From Candidatus Saccharimonadota bacterium (GTDB lineage: Bacteria; Bacteroidota; Bacteroidia; Cytophagales; Amoebophilaceae): DNA of 32,000 nucleotides. The position numbers and the translations under genes are program-made. Where the stretch lies: the NCBI RefSeq assembly GCF_964030745.1, contig NZ_OZ034918.1, positions 900,001 through 932,000 of the forward strand, written 5' to 3'. The notes under the pieces were generated by a model. It had not been told where the DNA came from, did no database searches, and saw nothing but the letters and a program-made list of their open reading frames with translations. Positions 1 to 7,747 of the stretch are shown one piece after another (position 1 is the stretch's first letter; the number at the start of each line of letters is the position of its first letter).

Positions 1-21
1 ATTGTTCTAAGCGCAAGCTAC

Positions 22-487
22 GTATCTATTCACGCCTTTGGCTGGCCGCCTTATCTCCTTCGATAAAAAGTCTGGCCCGATAGTAAATAGCTGAATCGAT
101 ATATTTTTCAGCTGTTAGTGTTTTACTAGAGCGCCATTTTTTATCGAAGGAGACGCGGGAGGGGTACTTGGTCAGCTATTTGCTTTTTCGTATCTGTTCA
201 ACACTATGGCCATAGTGATAAAATGCCTCTGTAAAAAGTTTCGAAATAGAAGCCACCCCTTGCAGATGATTGGGAAAAACAGATTCCTTTGAAGCCCGCG
301 CAGCGGGCGACTTCTGTTTTTCCATCTGTAAGGGGTGGCTTCCGGAACTTTTTGCCGAGGGCTTGATTTTTTGTCCACTTTTTTATCAAGAAAAAAGTGG
401 AATACAATTCATTATTAACCAGTGACGTGAATAGATACCAGCTATTTGCTTTTTCAGAAAAACGTAATCACAGTGATGAATAGATAC
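22..487 (+). repeat. Composite palindromic MITE-like element (family A; termini GTATCTATTCAC ... GTGATGAATAGATAC) with a nested second element, lacking the central core of the copy at 28219-28496
   Basis: 22-189 and 439-487 are near-identical to 28219-28310 and 28381-28496. The terminal inverted repeats are visible directly. The interior is an imperfect long palindrome (CTCCTTCGATAAAAA ... TTTTTATCGAAGGAG). Confidence 0.85.
190..438 (+). repeat. Nested palindromic MITE-like element (family A-prime; termini GTATCTGTTCAAC ... GTGAATAGATAC) inserted into family A
   Basis: Flanked by a 17-bp direct duplication CAGCTATTTGCTTTTTC (173-189 and 439-455). The uninterrupted site is seen at 28449-28465. 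The centre has the GC hairpin GAAGCCCGCGCAGCGGGCG. A deletion derivative lies at 4755-4886. Confidence 0.85.
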
Positions 488-545
488 GTAGATTTTGCTA
501 TATAAGGGAACTGATGCTCCCCATGCTCCACTAAAAAAAGTATGG

Positions 546-3050
546 TTAGGTATAGTAAATCCGTTTCACCCTTTGGCTGATTTGGGTCAATAGCTCATAA
601 GGAATCGTACCCAGCTGTTCGGCTAGTGCATCTATTGAGTGTACTGCATTAAAGATAATCACCTCATCGCCACGTTGTGCGGTTATATTGGTCACATCAA
701 CCATAGCCATGTCCATGCATACATTTCCTATAATGGGACATGCATGACCTTGAATGATAACCCTTCCTTTACCACAACCAAATGATCTGCTTAAACCATC
801 TGCATACCCTATTGGTATGGTCGCAATCGTTATATCTTGCTGGGCTATCCCTTTTCGATCATATCCTATACTTTCCCCTTTTTGAATCGATTTGATCTGT
901 GAGATGGTCGTCTTCAGTGTGCTAGCTGGTAGGAGATACGGCTGAATGGTTTGATCAACACCTACGCCATGTAACCCAATCCCTAGCCGCACCATATCAA
1001 ATTGAAACTGCTGAAAACGTAGTATGCCATTGGTGTTTAAAAGATGTTTTAAAGGTTTGATGGCGAGCTGCTGTTCTATATATTGCGTCATTTTTATAAA
1101 CCTATCGGCTTGCAAAAGCGTATATGCATCATGCATGTCTTCTTGTGAAGCAGCTAAATGGCTAAAAATGCTTACGATATGTAGGGCAGGTATTTGTTTT
1201 AATTGCGTTATGAGCTGGTCTAGTGCTGTTTCTTCTATTCCCAAACGGTGCATACCTGTTTCTAGTTTAAGGTGAATGGGTATAGATTGGATCGATTTTT
1301 CTGATATAAAACACGCCAGCTCATCTAATAAGGGCAGGCTGTATACTTCTGGTTCTAAATGATGGCTTAGCATGGCATCAAAGTGGTCGTCGGTTGGGTT
1401 CATTACCATGATGGGTAAGGTAATCCCTTGTTGGCGTAAATGGATGCCTTCATCCATATAGGCAACGCCGAGATATTCTACACCATGGCGCTGTAGTGCA
1501 GAAGCGAGCTCAAAACTATTGCTACCACTTCCATAGGTAGAGGCCTTGACCATAGCCATGATTTTGGTACCTACTTGTAGTTTGCTTCTAAAGTAGGAGA
1601 GGTTGTGCCTAATGGCATGCATATCTATCTCTAAAATGGTTCCATGGCTATTTTTTTCCATCGTTTGCACCACCCGTTCTAGTCGAAAGCTGCGTGCTCC
1701 TTTTACTAAGATGGTTTCATCTTTAAAGGAGGGCTTTGCTGCTATAAATGCCTCTACACTATTAAAAAATATAGTTTCTGGTATTTCAAATAGTGTGCTG
1801 TGGTGACTGATAACTGGTCCAATACCTATCAATCGATGGATCGCATGTTTGGCCAATAGTGCTGCTAGTTCCTGATAAAGTTGATGGTCAGGTGTAGCAG
1901 ATTGGAGCATATCAGATAGGATAACCGTTCGTTTGGTGGGCTGTTGTTGTTGCATAAAATCTAATGCAAGTCTTAAGCTGGCGATGTCATTGGTGTAGGT
2001 ATCATCTATAACCTGGCAGCGATTCATGCCAGCTTTAAGGGTCATGCGCATCGGTATGGCTTTAAGCTGTAATAGTGAACGTTGCAGTAGTGCTGGATCA
2101 AGCCCATTGTCTAGTAAGTAGACCAGGCAATGGGTGATGTTTTCTATGGAAGCACTATCTCGAAAAGGGACTATAAAGGTGTTGGCGCGCTTATGGTTTT
2201 GGGTTGATCTAGTAATTTGTAACTTAGTTTGGCCAGTTAGCTGCTTGCATCTAACCAAATAATCTGCTGTTGGGTTGTTAAAAGACCAGTTTATCAGTTC
2301 GTTCTTATATCGTTTTCTAAGGACTTGGTCTACTAGGGGATGGTCTTTGCAGTAGTAAATGGTGCTACAGCCTGCAAACAATTTTATTTTCTCCTCGATC
2401 TTTTGCGTTATGGTTTGAAAGCCTTGGCTATGGGCAGGGCCGATATTAGTAAATAGCCCATGGGTGGGTTGTATGAGTCGAGCCAATTTTTCCATTTCAC
2501 CGGGTTGAGAAATGCCTGCTTCAAAAATGCCATATTCATGGTTGGGTTGTAATAAACTGATGGAAAGAGGTACGCCTACTTGAGCATTATAACTGTGTGG
2601 GTTGCTAACGGTTTTGTACTTTCTGGATAATAATTCATGCATCCATTCCTTGACAATCGTTTTGCCATTGCTGCCTGTAATGCTCAATAATGGTAATTGA
2701 TATTTTGATCGGTAAAAAATAGTGAATTGGTGTAAGGCTTCTAATGGGTCAGTTACCGCTAGAATATTTACATCGTTGTATTTTTCTATTATGGAATGAT
2801 TATATGCGTGGTTGACTACAAACTGGCGTATGCCTTTCTGATAAGCCTCTATTATATAATCATGACCATTATGGTTAATCCCTATAATCGCAAAAAAAAG
2901 CGGAAATGGCGTAAAGGTTTTGTTTCTGCTGTCTATACTTAATTCCGTTATGGGCAAGTTGGCTGTTTCAGCTACTGGGTAGCCTGCTGTAACCGCTACT
3001 AAGTCATTAAAGTGGCCCAGAATATGTGGGAAGGATATGGTTGATTCCAT
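546..3050 (-). CDS. murF-alr: Bifunctional UDP-N-acetylmuramoyl-tripeptide--D-alanyl-D-alanine ligase (MurF) / alanine racemase (Alr) fusion
   Basis: 834-aa ORF with an ATG start. The N-terminal half has the Mur ligase ATP-binding motif ITGSNGKT. The C-terminal half has the alanine racemase PLP-lysine motif MVKASTYGSG plus IPIGYADG and GNVCMDM. Confidence 0.93.
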   Translation of the reverse strand: MESTISFPHILGHFNDLVAVTAGYPVAETANLPITELSIDSRNKTFTPFPLFFAIIGINHNGHDYIIEAYQKGIRQFVVNHAYNHSIIEKYNDVNILAVTDPLEALHQFTIFYRSKYQLPLLSITGSNGKTIVKEWMHELLSRKYKTVSNPHSYNAQVGVPLSISLLQPNHEYGIFEAGISQPGEMEKLARLIQPTHGLFTNIGPAHSQGFQTITQKIEEKIKLFAGCSTIYYCKDHPLVDQVLRKRYKNELINWSFNNPTADYLVRCKQLTGQTKLQITRSTQNHKRANTFIVPFRDSASIENITHCLVYLLDNGLDPALLQRSLLQLKAIPMRMTLKAGMNRCQVIDDTYTNDIASLRLALDFMQQQQPTKRTVILSDMLQSATPDHQLYQELAALLAKHAIHRLIGIGPVISHHSTLFEIPETIFFNSVEAFIAAKPSFKDETILVKGARSFRLERVVQTMEKNSHGTILEIDMHAIRHNLSYFRSKLQVGTKIMAMVKASTYGSGSNSFELASALQRHGVEYLGVAYMDEGIHLRQQGITLPIMVMNPTDDHFDAMLSHHLEPEVYSLPLLDELACFISEKSIQSIPIHLKLETGMHRLGIEETALDQLITQLKQIPALHIVSIFSHLAASQEDMHDAYTLLQADRFIKMTQYIEQQLAIKPLKHLLNTNGILRFQQFQFDMVRLGIGLHGVGVDQTIQPYLLPASTLKTTISQIKSIQKGESIGYDRKGIAQQDITIATIPIGYADGLSRSFGCGKGRVIIQGHACPIIGNVCMDMAMVDVTNITAQRGDEVIIFNAVHSIDALAEQLGTIPYELLTQISQRVKRIYYT

Positions 3051-3174
3051 TTTTCTTGTTTTTAGCTAGTGTTACCAAGAGGTTGTAAAGTGCAGCAATT
3101 CAGTAGGAGGGAAGGGCAAGCGAATATCATGGCTAGCGCCAAACGCTATAGAGTGGCTAAACTACTTGGTGGTG

Positions 3175-3247
3175 TGATCCCGCTGGGACTCGAACCCAGG
3201 ACCCTCTCCTTAAAAGGGAGATGCTCTACCAGCTGAGCTACGAGATC
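3175..3247 (-). tRNA. tRNA-Lys (anticodon UUU), 73 nt, CCA not encoded
   Basis: The reverse complement folds as a cloverleaf. Acceptor GATCTCG/CGGGATC. D arm GCTC-AGCTGGTA-GAGC. Anticodon arm TCTCC-CTTTTAA-GGAGA. Variable loop GGGTC. T arm CTGGG-TTCGAGT-CCCAG. Discriminator A. Confidence 0.95.
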
Positions 3248-3315
3248 AACATGAACTGTATAATTGTAAATTTATTCATTTTTTAGCAAAAATAAAAATT
3301 ATTACAATCTTACTT

Positions 3316-3657
3316 GTATCTATTCACGCAGAACAGCATTTTTTACATGGAGTATTGGTATACGCAGCACTTATGGCCACCGATAAAAAACTTCCGCTTT
3401 ACTGAAGCGCCGCATTCCTTTATCGGCGGCCACAATAGCTTTTCTGATCATTATCAGCCTCGCGTCTCCTTCGATAAAAAAATGGCGCTCTAGTAAAACA
3501 CTAACACTTGAGTGATATCTTTTTCAGCGGATTAGAAAATCGTCTGTTTGAAGCCCGCTTGCGGGCTGAGTTCACGATTTTCCCGCTGAAAAAGATATCG
3601 ATTCAGCTATTTACTATCGGGCCAGACTTTTTATCGAAGGAGATAAGGGGGCCAGCC
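3316..3657. repeat. Composite of nested palindromic elements: GTATCTATTCAC terminus, short family-B derivative (3371-3439) and reverse-oriented family-A body with GC-hairpin core (3460-3657)
   Basis: 3460-3657 matches the reverse complement of 28232-28435. 3371-3439 matches the two ends of 28501-28691 with the interior missing. The core TTTTCAGCGG...GAAGCCCGCTTGCGGGCT...CCGCTGAAAA lies at 3521-3593. Confidence 0.8.
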
Positions 3658-3673
3658 ATAGCTAGGCTAAAGG

Positions 3674-4747
3674 CTATTCCTCTGTTCCTGCTTGTAATTT
3701 TTCTGCATTATCTGCCACACGCAGCGCTTTGATCATGTCCAATATAGCTCCATCTAATATAGCTGCTAAATTATGTTCGGTATAGCCAATCCGATGATCG
3801 GTTGCACGGGCTTGAGGAAAATTGTAGGTTCTAATCTTATCCCCTCTGTCCCCCCGTTTGACCATAGATCTCCGTTCCATACCAATCGCTTCTTGTTGTT
3901 TTTTTACTTCCATATCATAGAGGCGGGAACGCAATACCTTTAAGGCTTTTTCATAATTTTTAATTTGCGATTTCCCATCTTGGCAGGATACAACTAGCCC
4001 AGTGGGTATGTGGGTAAGCCGTACAGCTGAATAGGTTGTGTTTACCGACTGTCCTCCTGGACCAGAAGAGCAAAAAGTATCTTTCCGTACATCATTTAAA
4101 TCCAAGTTGATTTCCACATCTCCTGCTTCTGGTAACACCACTACACTGGCTGCTGAAGTATGTATACGGCCTTGTGTTTCAGTAGTAGGGACCCGTTGTA
4201 CACGATGTACCCCAGATTCATATTTCATCAGACCATATACATCTTCACCCGCTACCGTACAGACGATTTCTTTCCAGCCCCCAGCAGTACCTTCTATCGT
4301 ATATACAACAGAAAAATCCCATTTCATTTTTTCTGCAAAACGCTTGTACATACGAAAAAGATCTCCGGTAAAAATGGCTGCTTCGTCTCCACCAATACCA
4401 GCCCGAATCTCTAAAACAATGTTTCTGCTGTCATTGGGATCGCTTGGTGTAAGTGCATCGCGCAATTGAGCTTCTAAGTTGGATTTTTTATCTAAAGCAG
4501 ATGCTAGCTCTTGTTTGGCAATTTCACGGAAGCCCTCTTCTTTTTCAATATTTAATACCTCTTTCGCTTCTGTTATATTTGCTAATACAAGCTCATAGTG
4601 GTTGTATAAGTCAACAATTTTAGATAGCTTGCTGTATTCCTTATTGAGTGCGGCATAGGCCTTGATGTCAAGTACCGCATCTGGCTGATGGATAGCTGCC
4701 TCTACCTCGTGAAACCGCTCCTTGATGGATTTTAATTTGTCAATCAT
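3674..4747 (-). CDS. prfA: Peptide chain release factor 1
   Basis: 357 aa. GGQ motif SGPGGQSVNTT. RF1-type P-x-T tripeptide context RVPTTETQGRIHTS, with no SPF motif. Confidence 0.96.
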   Translation of the reverse strand: MIDKLKSIKERFHEVEAAIHQPDAVLDIKAYAALNKEYSKLSKIVDLYNHYELVLANITEAKEVLNIEKEEGFREIAKQELASALDKKSNLEAQLRDALTPSDPNDSRNIVLEIRAGIGGDEAAIFTGDLFRMYKRFAEKMKWDFSVVYTIEGTAGGWKEIVCTVAGEDVYGLMKYESGVHRVQRVPTTETQGRIHTSAASVVVLPEAGDVEINLDLNDVRKDTFCSSGPGGQSVNTTYSAVRLTHIPTGLVVSCQDGKSQIKNYEKALKVLRSRLYDMEVKKQQEAIGMERRSMVKRGDRGDKIRTYNFPQARATDHRIGYTEHNLAAILDGAILDMIKALRVADNAEKLQAGTEE

Positions 4748-4754
4748 ATAATCC

Positions 4755-4886
4755 CTATCTGTTCACATCACTGGTAAATAATGGATTGTATCCCACTCTT
4801 TTTTCTTGATAAGAAAGTGGACAAAAAATCAAGCCCTCGGCAAAAAGTTGGGGCAGTTTGCTATAGCCATAGCGTTGAACAGATAC
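4755..4886 (-). repeat. Deletion derivative of family A-prime MITE (reverse orientation) between rplT and prfA; partial second fragment at 4887-4920
   Basis: Both ends match the reverse complement of the ends of 190-438 (TATCTGTTCAC ... GTTGAACAGATAC). The central hairpin region is replaced by GGGGCAGTTTGC. Confidence 0.8.
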
Positions 4887-4917
4887 ACTGCCTTTATCAA
4901 GAAAAAAGTAAAATACA

Positions 4918-5262
4918 TTACGCTACCTTTTGTACAATGGCCTCAAATGCGCTTGGATGGTTCATGGCCAAATCAGCTAATACCTTTCGATCCATATCCA
5001 TATTGTTTTGCTTAAGCTTGCCCATAAACTGAGCATAAGCCATTCCATGTAAGCGAGCAGCTGCATTGATGCGTTGTATCCATAGCGCCCTTATGCTTCT
5101 TTTTTTTGTTTTACGGTCTCTATAGGCATATAAGAGCCCTTTTTCAACAGCATTCTTGGCTACTGTCCAAACATTTTTTCTTTTGCCCCAGTAACCTTTT
5201 GCTAATTTTAATACACGCTTTTTGCGTGCTTTGGAGGCTACTGAATTAACTGACCTTGGCAT
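4918..5262 (-). CDS. rplT: 50S ribosomal protein L20
   Basis: 114 aa. Canonical L20 sequence ([26 protein letters not shown]...[11 protein letters not shown]...[11 protein letters not shown]). Confidence 0.97.
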   Translation of the reverse strand: MPRSVNSVASKARKKRVLKLAKGYWGKRKNVWTVAKNAVEKGLLYAYRDRKTKKRSIRALWIQRINAAARLHGMAYAQFMGKLKQNNMDMDRKVLADLAMNHPSAFEAIVQKVA

Positions 5263-5355
5263 GGTTATCTTCTAAATTTATAGGTTGATAGTATGTATAA
5301 AACTACAGAAAAATCAATATTACAGTTGCGTGGCAAATGTAGAGATAGGCAACCA

Positions 5356-5556
5356 TTAAATGGCTAGCAGTTTGCGGATAGTTGGCGCATTGGTCTCATG
5401 TACCAGTGCACTGTGTGTAAGATGCCTTTTTTGCTTTGTACTTTTAATTTTCTTTGCCAAGCAATGGTTCTTAAAAGCATGCTTCCGCTTAATCTTACCG
5501 CTACCTGTTACTTGAAATCTTTTTTTTGAACCAGAATGTGTTTTAACTTTTGGCAT
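5356..5556 (-). CDS. rpmI: 50S ribosomal protein L35
   Basis: 66 aa. [31 protein letters not shown] is the canonical L35 N-terminus. It sits in the conserved infC-rpmI-rplT order. Confidence 0.96.
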   Translation of the reverse strand: MPKVKTHSGSKKRFQVTGSGKIKRKHAFKNHCLAKKIKSTKQKRHLTHSALVHETNAPTIRKLLAI

Positions 5557-5814
5557 AGGTTATAACGGATGTTTAATGGTTTAACTAACGCAAATAGCTC
5601 ATTTGCTGGCTGATACTTTGCTCGCCCTTCTTTTCAAAGCAAGGGCAAGGCAACCAATCTGTTTGTTGGCCTATTATAGGCCTATACAGCCACCTAAATG
5701 TAGTGAAAAATATTCAAATAGCAATACCCTCTTGCGAAAGTGATTTGTGGTACGCATTTTTAGGGGAAGTAGCCTATGAGCACTGCAGCATGCTCAGCTG
5801 TATCTAAAATGGAC

Positions 5815-6342
5815 CTACTTCTTAGCTGTTAGTGGCGCTATGGTTAGGCTCATTTTTCTGCCTTCTAGTTTAGGTAGTTGCTCCACCCTTCCATAGGCTT
5901 CTAATCCTTGAGAAAATCTAAGCAAGATGAGCTCGCCCCTTTCTTTAAACATAATCTCTCTGCCTACAAACTTAACACAAACCTTAACTTTAGCACCAGC
6001 TTGTAAAAAATTAATGGCATGTTTTAATTTAAAGTCAAAATCGTGATCACTGGTATTAGGACCAAAACGAATTTCCTTTATAACAATCTTTTGGGCATTA
6101 TTTTTTATTTCCTTATGCTTTCGTTTTTGTAAATACTTGAACTTAGCATAATCCATTACTTTACATACAGGAAAATCACTGGCTTTGGTAATTTCTACCA
6201 AGTCAAGCTCTTGTGCTTCCGCAATGGCTAAAGCTTCACGAATGCTATACACACCGGAAACGACATTATCACCAACCAAACGTACCTCTGATGCAGTGAT
6301 ACGCTCGTTTACGTTATGGGCTTCTTTTATTGTGTTTTTCAA
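5815..6342 (-). CDS. infC: Translation initiation factor IF-3 (non-AUG start; exact start uncertain)
   Basis: 175 aa. IF-3 N- and C-domain pattern (INERITASEVRLVGDN...EALAIAEAQELDLVE...). The codon at 6340-6342 is TTG. There is an in-frame ATA at 6352-6354 and an in-frame stop further upstream. Confidence 0.93.
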   Translation of the reverse strand: MKNTIKEAHNVNERITASEVRLVGDNVVSGVYSIREALAIAEAQELDLVEITKASDFPVCKVMDYAKFKYLQKRKHKEIKNNAQKIVIKEIRFGPNTSDHDFDFKLKHAINFLQAGAKVKVCVKFVGREIMFKERGELILLRFSQGLEAYGRVEQLPKLEGRKMSLTIAPLTAKK

Positions 6343-6486
6343 ATGGCGTAATATTGATTATGATTTGTTGTAGACATTAATAGAGCCAGGGTCTTCCTAG
6401 CTTCCTGCATTAATATACAAACACTTAAACAAATTTTCAATAAATCAAGTCAAAAAACAAGCTATTTGGTTGTTTCCTTAGCCTAT

Positions 6487-7671
6487 TTAGGTTACAGGGT
6501 TTTGCTTGGATGCCACTTTAGCCCTTGGTCGCAAGATAAAAAATAGTCCTGCGATTGCCCAAGGCAAGCTAAGCAATTGGCCCATGTTCAACCACATGGT
6601 ATCTTCAAACTCAACTTGATTTTCTTTATAGAATTCATAAAGAAAGCGAATGCAAGCGGCTGCTAATATAAGTGTGCCAAAAATTCGACCAGGTGCGATG
6701 GCTTGACCTCTTTTGTACCACCATAGAAGTAGCATTAAGAAAAGCAAAAAGTAGGACAATGATTCATAAAGTTGTGCTGGGTGTCTTGGAATACCCCAGG
6801 TATGGATACGTGCCTGATAGCCTCCATTTTGTTTTTCCAAGGTGTAGGATAAAGGCGTTCCATAGGCTTCATAGATCTTAGGAGAGCTGTTAAAGTAGGA
6901 CTCTTGGATTAAATCGTTTTTTAAAGTTTTTTCAAGGAATTTTTTAACCTTCATTTCATCTGTCATCTCTTTTTTGAAATCAATAGTCAGTTCAATGGGT
7001 TGGTAATTGGTTTTTGTCGCTATTCTGTGGTCGGTAGATGGTTTGCCTATGGTTAAATTCTGAATAGTAGTGTCATATTTTGTGCATAAAGCCTCGTGTA
7101 ATTCTCTGACAAATATGATACCATAGTTGCCCCCAGTTGGTTTGCCAATGATTTCAGAATTCATAAAATTACCAATACGAATCAGTGTGGCACCTAAAGG
7201 AAATAGAACAGATAAGTGATCTAAGATCCACATAAATTCTCCAGGGGACCGACGGTTTTTAAAATAGATACGGGGAGGAGAAAGGGAAATTTTAATCCGT
7301 TTTGCATATAAGAAAACAGCAAGTACTATTCCCATACCCGCTCCATGACTGGCCAAGCCGCTGAATCCAGTTATTTTAAAGGTAGGGGAAAAGACAACAG
7401 GTAAAAATATTTCCAATAGGTGATCTTTATAGTAGCTCCATTCATAAAAAATAACATGGCCCAAACGAGCGCCAACCATTACGCTGATTACAATATACCC
7501 CTTGATTTGGTCGGCTGCTTCTCTTGGTTTACCAGCTTGGGCAAACATACGATACCAAATGGGAATGCCTCCCAATACACCGGTAGCAAAGAGTAAGTTG
7601 TACCAACGAAGTTTTAACAATCCTTTTGCAAATAGCTCTGGAGATACATCCCATATGATGGCGCTGGGCAT
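6487..7671 (-). CDS. lgt: Prolipoprotein diacylglyceryl transferase, long form with an insertion of about 100 aa
   Basis: 394 aa, polytopic. Lgt motifs RIGNFMNSEIIG and RHPAQLYESLSYF. A hydrophilic insert lies between them. Confidence 0.88.
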   Translation of the reverse strand: MPSAIIWDVSPELFAKGLLKLRWYNLLFATGVLGGIPIWYRMFAQAGKPREAADQIKGYIVISVMVGARLGHVIFYEWSYYKDHLLEIFLPVVFSPTFKITGFSGLASHGAGMGIVLAVFLYAKRIKISLSPPRIYFKNRRSPGEFMWILDHLSVLFPLGATLIRIGNFMNSEIIGKPTGGNYGIIFVRELHEALCTKYDTTIQNLTIGKPSTDHRIATKTNYQPIELTIDFKKEMTDEMKVKKFLEKTLKNDLIQESYFNSSPKIYEAYGTPLSYTLEKQNGGYQARIHTWGIPRHPAQLYESLSYFLLFLMLLLWWYKRGQAIAPGRIFGTLILAAACIRFLYEFYKENQVEFEDTMWLNMGQLLSLPWAIAGLFFILRPRAKVASKQNPVT

Positions 7672-7747
7672 AGATATAAAAAATAAATAAAGTGATATAA
7701 GGTACGTTTTTTTAGCGGTGCTATGCCGCTGAATAAAAGATAACCAA

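Noticed and set aside
172-407. ORFs 172-378(-) and 204-407(-)
   Set aside because: They lie entirely inside the nested palindromic repeat. The same peptide fragment (DKKSSPRQKV) reappears from the repeat copy at 4781-5032, so the open frames are a by-product of the repeat sequence and not genes.
3248-3315. Bacteroidota-type -7 promoter box (TATTTTTG on the minus strand, about 50 nt upstream of tRNA-Lys)
   Set aside because: There is a single loose match in very AT-rich DNA, with no properly spaced -33 TTG. This is not enough to call a promoter.
3508-3732. ORF 3508-3732(+), 74 aa
   Set aside because: It is encoded by the family A repeat body and runs antisense into the 3' end of prfA. There is no supporting motif.
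4781-5032. ORFs 4781-5032(+) and 4806-5015(+)
   Set aside because: They start inside the MITE derivative and run antisense through rplT, so they are spurious.
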